Below are positions 1 through 8,743 of a stretch of DNA of 64,000 bases, in pieces. Where the stretch lies: positions 62,001 through 126,000 of the IMG/VR virus record IMGVR_UViG_3300026521_000471; one strand, written 5' to 3'. Position numbers and translations under genes: made by a program. The number at the start of each line of letters is the position of its first letter. Positions within the stretch are counted from its first letter, which is position 1. The notes beneath the pieces are model-generated. The model worked only from the letters and a program-made list of their open reading frames with translations. It had not been told where the DNA came from and made no database searches.

Positions 1-2
1 TA

Positions 3-554
3 TCTGAACAAATAGATTATCTTAAAAAACAGTTTGAAGATAGAAGTAAGAAGTTTAAGAATTCAACATATGTAAAATTTTTAGGTGAACGAACTATTAA
101 AAATATTGAAACTATACGCACTGCAGAATCTATTGCCAAAAGAAAATTAGAGGTACTAAAAAATAAAAATTTAATCAAGCGACCTATAGCTTTTTTTGAA
201 AGAGCCGCAACATTATATCTTGGTAAAACAGGCGAAGATATTATGACCGATATGTATAAATTGGGTTATACAAGTAAAGATATTCATATATTAGCTATCG
301 AATATTTATTCTTTTTACTAAAGGTAGTTAAATTAAATGAGGAAGGTGGACATTATACATCACCAATTTTACCTATTCTAAATGGTGAAGACACTAATAG
401 TCTATCTTATATTGAACCAGATCTTCTTAGACTTATGGCAAATCATATGTTTATTCATACTATAAACATTACAACTGATTATAAATTTGATGACCCAGTT
501 AAAAAAGAAGAAGATCCTATTGAAATTCCTAGTATAGTTTACGTTATGGAATAA
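3..554 (+). CDS. Hypothetical protein, 5'-truncated by the window edge
   Basis: The frame of listed ORF 243..554 stays open back to base 3 (SEQIDYLKKQFEDR...). Confidence 0.65.
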   Translation, partial: SEQIDYLKKQFEDRSKKFKNSTYVKFLGERTIKNIETIRTAESIAKRKLEVLKNKNLIKRPIAFFERAATLYLGKTGEDIMTDMYKLGYTSKDIHILAIEYLFFLLKVVKLNEEGGHYTSPILPILNGEDTNSLSYIEPDLLRLMANHMFIHTINITTDYKFDDPVKKEEDPIEIPSIVYVME

Positions 555-566
555 AAAAGGGTTATA

Positions 567-899
567 ATGATTAATTCAATAGATTTTACAAAAGTACGAC
601 CCAACCAAACATTATACTTGGTTCGATATAGTCAAAAAGAACATCCTGATGTAATTGATATAAAGTTTAAAGGATATGATAAGACAAAGCAAATTATAGA
701 ATATGAGTATGAAACCCCAAAAGGATTAAAACTTAAACGTATTCCAATACGCAAGGCTAATTTCCGTATTTTTATAGATTCTGATGAGATGGCTAGAACA
801 TTATATGATTGCTTTGAAAAACGAGAGATTAAACCGTCTGAAAAATATACTGAAATATTTAATCAAAGTCAAAATAATAGACCAGAAATATGGATATAA
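567..899 (+). CDS. Hypothetical protein, C-terminal PExxI tag (RPEIWI*)
   Basis: ORF track; AAGGG RBS; shared C-terminal motif. Confidence 0.7.
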   Translation: MINSIDFTKVRPNQTLYLVRYSQKEHPDVIDIKFKGYDKTKQIIEYEYETPKGLKLKRIPIRKANFRIFIDSDEMARTLYDCFEKREIKPSEKYTEIFNQSQNNRPEIWI

Positions 900-1198
900 T
901 ACCTGTAAGTTATGATAATGGTATAGGACGATTGTTAGTTTCTATTGAATCTATAACTGGGACATTTGCATATCAAAAAGTTATTAATAGACATATAATA
1001 GAAACGCTTAATTGGTTTTATGATGATATAGCATACACACCCCATAAAATAATTAAGGGATTGATTATAGAAAAAGCAGCACTTGAAAAGAATATTATAT
1101 TATGTCATTCATCAAAATATTATGCAGCTATTCTATTTACTATAAATCATTTAGAAAATAAATTCCCAGTTGAAACATATCCAGAATTATATATTTAA
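890..1198 (+). CDS. Hypothetical protein, C-terminal tag YPELYI*
   Basis: ORF track; overlaps the stop of the previous gene. Confidence 0.7.
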   Translation: MDIIPVSYDNGIGRLLVSIESITGTFAYQKVINRHIIETLNWFYDDIAYTPHKIIKGLIIEKAALEKNIILCHSSKYYAAILFTINHLENKFPVETYPELYI

Positions 1199-1250
1199 TC
1201 TTTTTATAAGGTTTGATTATTTATAATTAATTATAAAGAAGGAGATAGAA

Positions 1251-1427
1251 ATGGACAGAACTAAATATACTGAAGAAATATTTAATGAGATAAAAAAATT
1301 ATCTGAAAGAGATTTACGAGTCGGACAAACCTTTGAAATTATAAGAGGACAGGCTGGAGATTTATTTTCTATGGAAAATTATAAATTGCTTGAACTCTTA
1401 AAAAATCTAAATGCATCCTTTAAATGA
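1251..1427 (+). CDS. Small hypothetical protein (58 aa, MDRTKYTEEIF...)
   Basis: Not in ORF track; AAGGAG RBS and TAAG-N11-TATAAT promoter upstream; stop overlaps the next ATG. Confidence 0.65.
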   Translation: MDRTKYTEEIFNEIKKLSERDLRVGQTFEIIRGQAGDLFSMENYKLLELLKNLNASFK

Positions 1428-2032
1428 TGAAATTAACACTTTCAGAACTTATTAATTTAATTGATGAAAATAACAGTCCATTTTATATTCTTGTAGCCGG
1501 TTCAGTAGGTAGTGGAAAATCTTATTTAGTTAATCAATATTTATCTCATTTAAAATTAATTGATCCGGATATGTTTACAATGCAATTGGGGGATGGGATA
1601 TATGATAGTAAAAATGTTGCTAAATCTATGAGTTTAGTTAAGAAAACAGTAAAAACATATTTAGATGATAAAATATCATTTATTCAACAAGGAACTTCAG
1701 CTAACTTACAATCAACAATTAATAAATTAATATTAGCAAAAGAAAAAGGGTATAATACTGTATTATTTTACGTCGATACCATTCCTGATAAAGCAGAAGA
1801 ATATATTAAAATGAGAGTATCAAATAATGGTCATGGTTCAACAATTACTAAAGATAAAATAAATCGTACTTATGAAGGATCGAATTTTACTTATCGATTT
1901 TTAACTTCTGAAGTTAAAAATGTCTTTTCAATAGAAGAAAAAGAAAGAATTGATGAAATATTGAATAAATTTAAGTTATCCAGAGATAAATTGAGAAGTA
2001 ATTTAGATTATTTTATTAGAATTGAAAATTGA
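1424..2032 (+). CDS. P-loop kinase, zeta-toxin/AAA_33-like
   Basis: Walker A VAGSVGSGKS followed by IDPD, typical of zeta-toxin-like kinases. Confidence 0.7.
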   Translation: MMKLTLSELINLIDENNSPFYILVAGSVGSGKSYLVNQYLSHLKLIDPDMFTMQLGDGIYDSKNVAKSMSLVKKTVKTYLDDKISFIQQGTSANLQSTINKLILAKEKGYNTVLFYVDTIPDKAEEYIKMRVSNNGHGSTITKDKINRTYEGSNFTYRFLTSEVKNVFSIEEKERIDEILNKFKLSRDKLRSNLDYFIRIEN

Positions 2033-2068
2033 ATTATTTTGATATAAATAAAATAAAAAGGATTTTTA

Positions 2069-2500
2069 ATGAGACTTAATAACATTATTAAAACAAGTAA
2101 AAATAATTTAAACGAATCAACTATTGATATAATTGTAGGTAACAAATTATCAGATATAGTAACATCGAATAAAGTACCTAAACACTTTATCAAATTAGAA
2201 AATGAATTAGCAGTAGGTAAATTTGAGGGTGATATATATAACTTATATACATCTTTATATTCTCAGCTTAAAAAATATAAAGGAAACCCATGTATTGTAA
2301 ATTACGTGGATGGAATTGAATTTCAAATTATAGAAATTGATAAATCAGGGCTAAATATCATGACGTATGATTTTTGGGATAATATTAATGAAGTAGGTGA
2401 TGATTTTGAAACCACTAAACCAATATCTGTAAAGCCAGATAAAACTGTAAAACATATAAAAATGCCATTTGATTTTAGTATTATTTCACAATTTTTATAA
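2069..2500 (+). CDS. Hypothetical late protein
   Basis: TATAAATA at 2043-2050; N-terminus MRLNNII...NES. Confidence 0.65.
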   Translation: MRLNNIIKTSKNNLNESTIDIIVGNKLSDIVTSNKVPKHFIKLENELAVGKFEGDIYNLYTSLYSQLKKYKGNPCIVNYVDGIEFQIIEIDKSGLNIMTYDFWDNINEVGDDFETTKPISVKPDKTVKHIKMPFDFSIISQFL

Positions 2501-2572
2501 AATTGTATAATTATTATTAAGGTATGAGATAATTTCAATAACCCTAAAAGATAAATTCAATAGGACTTAATA

Positions 2573-3424
2573 ATGAAAGAAATAAATAAAACTGTTGTAC
2601 GTAAAACCTTCTTAGATTTTGCAAAAGCACACAATTTAACAAATGGGAATTTAATAGACACCCTCAGTAATTATGGGAATATAGATTTCTTTAATAATAT
2701 TACATTATCTATATTAGATAAACCTGCTTTTACTCACGATAAAAATAATTCTAATAATATATCGGCACTTACCTATGTTCCTCATAGTGTTAAAGATAAA
2801 TTTGTGGAGTCTGTCGAGATTATATCATTTAATAATCTCTATCAGGGAATAATACATAATATGGAATTTAATTATGAGAATTACCCAAAATTTTTAAGGT
2901 TATTATTTGAAGTACGTAAAGACCTAAAAAAAGAATATTCCGAAACACACAATAATTTATTTGATACAACTCAAATGCTTATTAAATTATATTTAAATAT
3001 GGTTTATGGAATGATTGATAATGAGCGGTCAATTCTAACATCATCGAATAGCACTCCACGAAGTTATATAACAAAAGTGGGTACTGAAGCTGTATTAACC
3101 ATCGTTTCTTTTTTATTAAATAAATCATATCCAATTTTTTATATTGATACTGATGAAATTCACACCAATAAATTAACAGATGCAGACTTTAATGAATTAG
3201 ATTCACTTATTTCTAAAAACCTAAATAATATCAATACTAGTATAACTACAATCGATCGTGAAAATGAAATAAGAAATGCTTATTACATAGCTAAAAAAAG
3301 GTTCTTAATAGGTAATATGAATAGCAGAGGTATGAAAACACCAGATATCAATGATATTTTAAAAGAGAATAAGAAATTTTTTGGACATAAATATCCGGAT
3401 ATTTTTCCAGAATACCGTATTTGA
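2573..3424 (+). CDS. Family B DNA polymerase palm/finger-like fragment, probably inactive
   Basis: Motif B KLYLNMVYG, motif C YIDTDE; motif A degenerate (ISFNNLYQGII, no catalytic Asp); only 283 aa; ends FPEYRI. Confidence 0.6.
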   Translation: MKEINKTVVRKTFLDFAKAHNLTNGNLIDTLSNYGNIDFFNNITLSILDKPAFTHDKNNSNNISALTYVPHSVKDKFVESVEIISFNNLYQGIIHNMEFNYENYPKFLRLLFEVRKDLKKEYSETHNNLFDTTQMLIKLYLNMVYGMIDNERSILTSSNSTPRSYITKVGTEAVLTIVSFLLNKSYPIFYIDTDEIHTNKLTDADFNELDSLISKNLNNINTSITTIDRENEIRNAYYIAKKRFLIGNMNSRGMKTPDINDILKENKKFFGHKYPDIFPEYRI

Positions 3425-3461
3425 AATAATTTATATAAATAAACTAAAAAAGGAACACCTA

Positions 3462-3773
3462 ATGAAAAAAGAAACGTTAAAATCAATTTTTAATAATATA
3501 GAATTGAATGAAAGAGTTTTAGAGCCTGCAGGTTGGTTACATTTTGATAAAGAGTGTTTAGCACAAGAAAAAATCAAAATTTTAAAGAAATTTAATTTAG
3601 AAGAATTTGAAATTATAAACTTTTTAAATAGTATGCCGAATTCTCGAAATGTTAATGATACTATTAGAAAAATTGGTGCAAAAGGTGGATTAGAAAGATT
3701 CTTAAGATATAATCCAGTAGAAAAAAGTTTAACAAAACAAGTAATAGAACGGATGATTAAAAGAGGTTATTAA
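3462..3773 (+). CDS. Hypothetical late protein
   Basis: ORF track 3381..3773; start moved to ATG 3462 after TATAAATA 3434-3441 and AGGA RBS. Confidence 0.6.
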   Translation: MKKETLKSIFNNIELNERVLEPAGWLHFDKECLAQEKIKILKKFNLEEFEIINFLNSMPNSRNVNDTIRKIGAKGGLERFLRYNPVEKSLTKQVIERMIKRGY

Positions 3774-3829
3774 ATATTATTTAAGCTAAATTTGAATATA
3801 ATTATTTAATAATTTATAAAGGGATTAAT

Positions 3830-5131
3830 ATGGGTGGAAACGCAAGATTTATAGATAGACAAACGGGTAAAGATAAAGGGTTTGCTGAAAAAATTGATTT
3901 AAATAAAATCCCTAGAGATACTATAATCAATGAAGTAACAACTTGTTTATTGTCTATTAATAAAAAAATTAATGAGAAAAAAGGTAATTATTTGTGGCCT
4001 GATATTGAAATCATTAAACAAGGCTATATATTTAATGGTTCCAGTTTTTCATTATTTGATAGAACTATATCAGATGAGGATTTTATTAAATTTAAACCCT
4101 TAGTCGGTGACATTGATGTTACATTTCCAAAAGAATATATGAAAGATTTATGGGATGTTTTAAATGACTTGGAAAATGTTGAACTTTCTAAAAATATTAC
4201 ATATATGGGACATAAAAATTCTACAATTGAACCAAGTAAAGCTGGTAATCTTAATCAAATAAATGCTGTATTTCGATTTGATAATGATGATATATCTACA
4301 TATATACAAATAGACTTTGAAGCCTCTGAATATCATGACAATATGCCAACTGAATGGACAATGTTTTCACATAATTCAGATTGGGAAGATATAAAAAATG
4401 GATTTAAAGGTGTGATGCATAAATTCACTTTAATTAATCTTGCTAGAGCATCTTCAAAAATGACTGATATAAAAGTGGTTACACCGACACAAGTCAAGAA
4501 AATAGAAGATGTAACATCTATTGAATATGCAGACTTTCTAAAACAAAGTAAAAAAAATAAGCTTGCAAAAGTTTCTACTAAAAAAGATTTCATAAACCCC
4601 ACAAATTTAGCTTTTTCTGTTGATAAAGGTGTGCGATTGAAATTCCGTCAATTATTCCATAAAGATGGAGTACCAGCAAAAATCGATAATTTATCGGTTT
4701 TTGTTTTTGTAGCGCCAAATGAATCAAAATATGAAACAGATTTAAAAACCATTTTTAGTTTATTTTTTCATACGGAACCAGAAGCCAATGACCTTATTAA
4801 TTTCAGATCATTTGTAGGTGTAGTTGGGTTAATGAAAAAATATCTAAATCAATCAATCATTGAAGATTTTTTTATTAATCATCTTATCAAAAAATCACTA
4901 TTTGGTGAAGGAGCTCAAGGCTTAGAACGTAATAATCCTACTGAGGATAAAAAAATCAAAACAAATATGATTAATAAATTATATTCTGAATTTGATTATT
5001 TAAAAAAGTTCAATAATGAAGTTGAAGATCTTAAAACCAGATATTATGCAGCTTATAAAATGTATGATGAAACCGAAGGTAAATTTATCTCTAAATCTTT
5101 TTCTCAAATATTCGAATCAGTTAATATATAG
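3830..5131 (+). CDS. Pol-beta-superfamily nucleotidyltransferase-like jumbo-phage protein
   Basis: FNGSS...VGDIDV and QIDFE acidic motifs; MGGNA start typical of this phage family. Confidence 0.55.
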   Translation: MGGNARFIDRQTGKDKGFAEKIDLNKIPRDTIINEVTTCLLSINKKINEKKGNYLWPDIEIIKQGYIFNGSSFSLFDRTISDEDFIKFKPLVGDIDVTFPKEYMKDLWDVLNDLENVELSKNITYMGHKNSTIEPSKAGNLNQINAVFRFDNDDISTYIQIDFEASEYHDNMPTEWTMFSHNSDWEDIKNGFKGVMHKFTLINLARASSKMTDIKVVTPTQVKKIEDVTSIEYADFLKQSKKNKLAKVSTKKDFINPTNLAFSVDKGVRLKFRQLFHKDGVPAKIDNLSVFVFVAPNESKYETDLKTIFSLFFHTEPEANDLINFRSFVGVVGLMKKYLNQSIIEDFFINHLIKKSLFGEGAQGLERNNPTEDKKIKTNMINKLYSEFDYLKKFNNEVEDLKTRYYAAYKMYDETEGKFISKSFSQIFESVNI

Positions 5132-5133
5132 GG

Positions 5134-5141
5134 TATAAATA
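5134..5141 (+). promoter_or_regulatory. T4-type late promoter TATAAATA (representative copy)
   Basis: Same octamer just upstream of RBSs at 2043, 3434, 8113, 10479, 15405, 18696, 19708, 22644, 27524, 54022. Confidence 0.7.
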
Positions 5142-5161
5142 AAAGAAAAAGGAGTCTTTTT

Positions 5162-5398
5162 ATGAAAATCAAAGATTTACTAGAAGGTAGTCGTCCAATA
5201 GTTTCAAAAGTGATATGCTCTGATGGAACTGAAAAAGGTTTTGTATGTAATAAAAAAACATATAATTTCCTACATAATATAGAACAGTCAGATAAAAATT
5301 CTATAACAACTTGGGCTAATAAATATTGTAAAGGTACATGGAAAGTAGAAACAACAAATGATTATGTTGGAGAAGAAAGATATGGAGGGAAAGAATAA
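5162..5398 (+). CDS. Hypothetical late protein (MKIKDLLE N-terminus)
   Basis: ORF track; late promoter and AAGGAG RBS. Confidence 0.7.
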   Translation: MKIKDLLEGSRPIVSKVICSDGTEKGFVCNKKTYNFLHNIEQSDKNSITTWANKYCKGTWKVETTNDYVGEERYGGKE

Positions 5399-5727
5399 TG
5401 TTAAGGGAACAAATATTAAAAGATTTTCCTAGTTGGTCTCCAGAAAAACAACTAGCAGAATTCCAAGGTTATAAATCATTAGGTTCTTTTTCACCTTTCA
5501 CAGAAGATGACTATCTAGTTATGGAAGCAGTAATGAATAATCAAAATGTTGCTATTGAATGTGAGAATGGAGTATGTTCTATTAAAGATATAGAAAATGA
5601 AGTAGAAGAATTTGTAGAAATTAACTATAAAGAATTATTAGAATCGATTTTAAAAGAAATTGAAAATAGCAATGATACAAATTTAATAGAAAATATTGAA
5701 AAAATTATAAATGAAAGGTTACATTAA
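5398..5727 (+). CDS. Hypothetical acidic protein
   Basis: ORF track; TAATG coupling to the upstream gene. Confidence 0.65.
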   Translation: MLREQILKDFPSWSPEKQLAEFQGYKSLGSFSPFTEDDYLVMEAVMNNQNVAIECENGVCSIKDIENEVEEFVEINYKELLESILKEIENSNDTNLIENIEKIINERLH

Positions 5728-5745
5728 GTTTTTATTTTGTATAAT
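5724..5745 (+). promoter_or_regulatory. Host-sigma70-type promoter TTAAG-N11-TATAAT (representative copy)
   Basis: Same spacing at about 3781, 6565, 6837, 8058, 15844, 18581, 18944, 34234, 45511, 51358, 54822. Confidence 0.7.
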
Positions 5746-5779
5746 TAAAATGTTAAAAGGTAGTTTTTAATTTAACAAT

Positions 5780-5851
5780 TAACTTGTAGCTATAATGGTA
5801 GAGCGGAGTGTGAAGTTCCTCGCGATATTGGTTCGATTCCAATCAAGTTAA
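5780..5851 (+). pseudogene. Degenerate tRNA-like cloverleaf (anticodon ambiguous, GUG or UGA)
   Basis: Acceptor TAACTTG/CAAGTTA, D arm GCTA..GGTA-GAGC, T arm ATTGG-TTCGATT-CCAAT; irregular anticodon arm, no CCA. Confidence 0.5.
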
Positions 5852-6210
5852 TGGATGATCTCAGGCTATTAATTTATTTTAATAGGAATCGCAAAGAATC
5901 ATCAAATAATTGTTAAATTTAATCTATATATAATAGACAGTAGTTGCAGGAATTGAATTCTCCTAAGACGACTCAATGTGCTAATAATGAAAGGTTAGCA
6001 GTCGCTATATTCTCTGTAAGTGAGATAAGTATGGAAATAAGTTGGTAAAACCAAATGACACCATAAACATTTAAGAAATGTAGTTTGATAATTAGTATGA
6101 AATAACAACCTACGGTTATCAGAGGGTCATCCGACAGATAATTAAGTTTATCTGACCCGTACCTTGGAATAGGTCTAGCGATATTATATATATTTTATAA
6201 ACTATCTTTA

Positions 6211-6375
6211 AATAATTTTACCGAAGCCTCTCGTTAGGTTGGGGTTCGATTCCCTACGAAAAAGTAGCTCTTTTTCATAACTTGGAGGAACCTAAGTGAT
6301 GCCCGAAGTTGAGGTTCGATTCCTCTGTAAGGGTAGCTCCCTTTGTAATACATGGTGGGCTTCGGTAAAATTATT
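6211..6375 (+). ncRNA. Structured RNA: 18-bp terminal stem enclosing two T-loop + GUAGCUC-hairpin units
   Basis: Perfect IR 6211-6228/6358-6375; two units GG-TTCGATT-CC ... stem-GTAGCTC-stem with compensatory stems. Confidence 0.6.
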
Positions 6376-6419
6376 ACAAACAAAAATAAATAAGTATATC
6401 TTATGATCGAGGTGTACTT

Positions 6420-6557
6420 ATGAAACTAGTAATAATTTTTTTACTCCTTTTGCTTTTTACAGGATGTAAAGAACCTACAAAAGAGGAAAAAGCTAAAAAA
6501 CAAGAACAAGCTAAGTTATTATTAATTCTAGATTCAATAGAAAATCAAAAAAATTAA
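6420..6557 (+). CDS. Small lipoprotein (45 aa)
   Basis: Not in ORF track; GAGG RBS; MKLVIIFLLLLLFTG-C lipobox. Confidence 0.65.
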   Translation: MKLVIIFLLLLLFTGCKEPTKEEKAKKQEQAKLLLILDSIENQKN

Positions 6558-6671
6558 TATAATTTTAAGGTTACTTTTTGTATAATATCAATATAAGTTT
6601 TAGTTTCAACTATTTTAAATAGTAGTTAGAAGATTTAGGTTTAAGAAATTAGACCTTCTACTAAGACTTAT

Positions 6672-6818
6672 AAATTAACTTTTTAGTGTTACCAAATAAA
6701 AAAGATATAGCAGCTTAACTGCCTCTACTTTATAAATGTTAGAACACTCCTTTATTTTTTAGAACTCCTTTGTTGGGTTATTTGAGTTACTAATTTGGTA
6801 GCACTAAAAAGTTAATTT
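6672..6818 (+). ncRNA. Long hairpin RNA with two anti-Shine-Dalgarno CUCCUU motifs in the enclosed region
   Basis: 26-bp IR 6672-6697/6793-6818 with one G.U; CTCCTT at 6747 and 6765. Confidence 0.5.
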
Positions 6819-6865
6819 TAAAAAATTAAGTTTATTTTAAGAACTTTTTTTGTATAATTACTTTA

Positions 6866-7790
6866 TCGAAACTGATACCACTAAGAAATCTTTGGATTTT
6901 TTAATGGTGCTAGTCACCCATAGTATGATATGGATAACGGGGATAGTATCCCCCGAAGACGGATTTGACAATTCCGTGCTACTTAATTGTAGTCAATTCA
7001 TACAAGCTGACACTTAGGTAGGTTTGTTGCCTATCGGATACTGAAATGTGTCCTATTAGTGAAGTATTGGAATCTGCAGACTAACAATCTGCGTATGTGA
7101 GAGCCATTCGGTGTAGCATACAGAAGCTAGGGATAGTGAAAGGTTCATCCAACAATACGAATTAAGAATAGTGAACAGTAGAATAGGTGTTTGAGTGTAA
7201 AAACAAAGGCTGCTATTCAATACAATAGTATGAGTCCATAAGGCTTACTGCTAGAAGTATGGTGGAAATCGAAAGATGGAAGCAAAGGGTGTGTTGTATT
7301 CTGAAGGTCATACTTTGGAGCAACTGAGCAGACACACCCTTGTCATTATCGTATAGCTCAGGGTAGAGCGTTTTCATTTTAAGGAAAAGGTCGAAGAGTC
7401 GAATCTTCTACGGAAATATTAAAACGGAAAGTTCTGCTCCCTATGTAAAAGGTCGAAAGACCCGACGAAAATAGCCTAATCGCTGACAGTTTAACTGAAT
7501 TGGCGACAATTAGTACCTCCCAAGGGGAAAGTTGTTTGATAGGATGCAGCATTTATTGGGGTAGCTCCTCATTAACGGCCTGTAAGAAGGACGGAAGAAT
7601 GTTGATAATCGAGTAGTCACATAGTAGAGAGGAAATGCTACCTCTGTAAAAAACAAAGCGGCTATGGGAATCAACTATAATGTACTGGGGACAGTAGTTA
7701 TAGTGGATAAGGAGAGAACCTTTTATGGGGACATAATTGGATAATGCTCTGAATGGATTTCTACTAAAAGGTGTAATCTCAACCTTTTAA
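6866..7790 (+). ncRNA. GOLLD-like giant ornate RNA
   Basis: About 900 nt ORF-free, GC-enriched, hairpin-dense region after promoter 6837-6858; GTGTG..TGTATTCT..AGCAACTGAG..ACAC, CGAGTAGT and 3' GTAATCTCA hairpin resemble GOLLD as I recall it; next to tRNAs, with an embedded tRNA. Ends approximate. Confidence 0.7.
7347..7416 (+). tRNA. Degenerate tRNA-Lys(UUU)-like element embedded in the GOLLD-like RNA
   Basis: TAGCTCAGGGTAGAGC D arm, TTTTC-ATTTTAA-GGAAA anticodon arm, aberrant T loop (GTCGAAT), no CCA. Confidence 0.55.
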
Positions 7791-7937
7791 AATAAAATTT
7801 TAATGAGAAAGAATTATAGATAAAGATTACATCGTAATTTTTGAAACAATTGACAGGAACCCGTTCGATTCGTGGTTTTGGAAGCTGGTGCCACTTTAAG
7901 TCTTTATTGCTTCTATCTTTCTCATTAAAATTTTATT
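7791..7937 (+). ncRNA. Structured RNA closed by a perfect 22-bp stem, apical GTTCGATTC T-loop
   Basis: IR 7791-7812/7916-7937. Confidence 0.5.
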
Positions 7938-8057
7938 TAAATATAGTTTAATACAATTTTTATTAATTGAAAATATCTATTCAATTAAGTTTGAGGTGAA
8001 ATAGAAGATTGAGTGAAAGTCTCATATTTAAATAAAATTTAAATTTTTAAGTGTAAA

Positions 8058-8097
8058 TTAAGAAAAATTATTGTATAATTACAGTAATTAAAAAGAA
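8058..8097 (+). promoter_or_regulatory. Promoter of tRNA array 1
   Basis: TTAAG-N11-TATAAT; 8068-8097 is identical over 30 nt to 18591-18620. Confidence 0.7.
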
Positions 8098-8151
8098 AAA
8101 AATAAAAAGTGATATAAATAAAATCACAAAATAAAAATAAGGAGAACGGTT

Positions 8152-8241
8152 ATGAAAATAGTATCAATATTTAACAATTATTTAAACATATTTTATTCGG
8201 CACTAATATCGTACTCTTCTTATTTTAGAGTCTTTCACTAA
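8152..8241 (+). CDS. Leader peptide A (29 aa, MKIVSIFNNYLNIFYSALISYSSYFRVFH)
   Basis: AAGGAG RBS; Ser x5, Tyr x4, Phe x4, Ile x4 (all ATA), one TTA, matching the downstream tRNAs. Confidence 0.8.
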   Translation: MKIVSIFNNYLNIFYSALISYSSYFRVFH

Positions 8242-8330
8242 GAGATAAATTCATTTTTATCCCTTAGTGAAGAACTTAGGGATAAATTGAAAATCTTTCA
8301 AAAATCCCCTATTTTCTTTACAAATTACTT
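8236..8330 (+). promoter_or_regulatory. Attenuator-like switch A
   Basis: Box 1 CACTAAGAGATAAA (8236-8249) and arm 3 (8275-8286) both pair with arm 2 TTTATCCCTTAGTG (8256-8269); C-rich, G-poor tract follows. Confidence 0.7.
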
Positions 8331-8331
8331 T

Positions 8332-8422
8332 GGAGAGTTGGCAGAGTTGGTCGATTGCACCGGTCTTGAAAACCGGCGACGTGTAACAGCGTCCGAGAGT
8401 TCGAATCTCTCACTCTCCACCA
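8332..8422 (+). tRNA. tRNA-Ser(UGA)
   Basis: Type II cloverleaf, CCGGT-CTTGAAA-ACCGG, encoded CCA. Confidence 0.95.
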
Positions 8423-8426
8423 TTTT

Positions 8427-8511
8427 GGAAGCGTAGTCAAGTGGTCAACGACGGCAGACTGTAAATCTGCTCCCTATGGGTTCGGTGGTTCAAATCCACC
8501 CGCTTCCACCA
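8427..8511 (+). tRNA. tRNA-Tyr(GUA)
   Basis: GCAGA-CTGTAAA-TCTGC, V arm, CCA. Confidence 0.95.
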
Positions 8512-8570
8512 TAGAAAAAAATAAAAAATTAAGTTAATCTAAAGGATTAATTTGGTATAATAACTTTATA

Positions 8571-8743
8571 AATTGATTGAAATATGAAAACTTGAAAACG
8601 GATTAAACTGTGGTGGTTTATGATGTGGCGAAGTTGTAAACAAAAGAGCCCGGACCATTAGTAAAAGACTAACCATCTTTGAAAGTGGTACGGAAGCTGT
8701 TTGGATGAAGACGGGTACTAAAGTTTTCATTTTTCAGTCAATT
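8571..8743 (+). ncRNA. Structured RNA domain closed by a ~23-bp stem, abutting the permuted tRNA
   Basis: IR 8571-8593/8721-8743 with G.U on the + strand; GC-enriched multibranch interior. Confidence 0.5.

Noticed and set aside
5925-6190. tmRNA, RNase P or other known ncRNA
   Set aside because: Structured and ORF-free, but no tmRNA acceptor ends or tag frame and no GAGGAAAGUCC; left unassigned.
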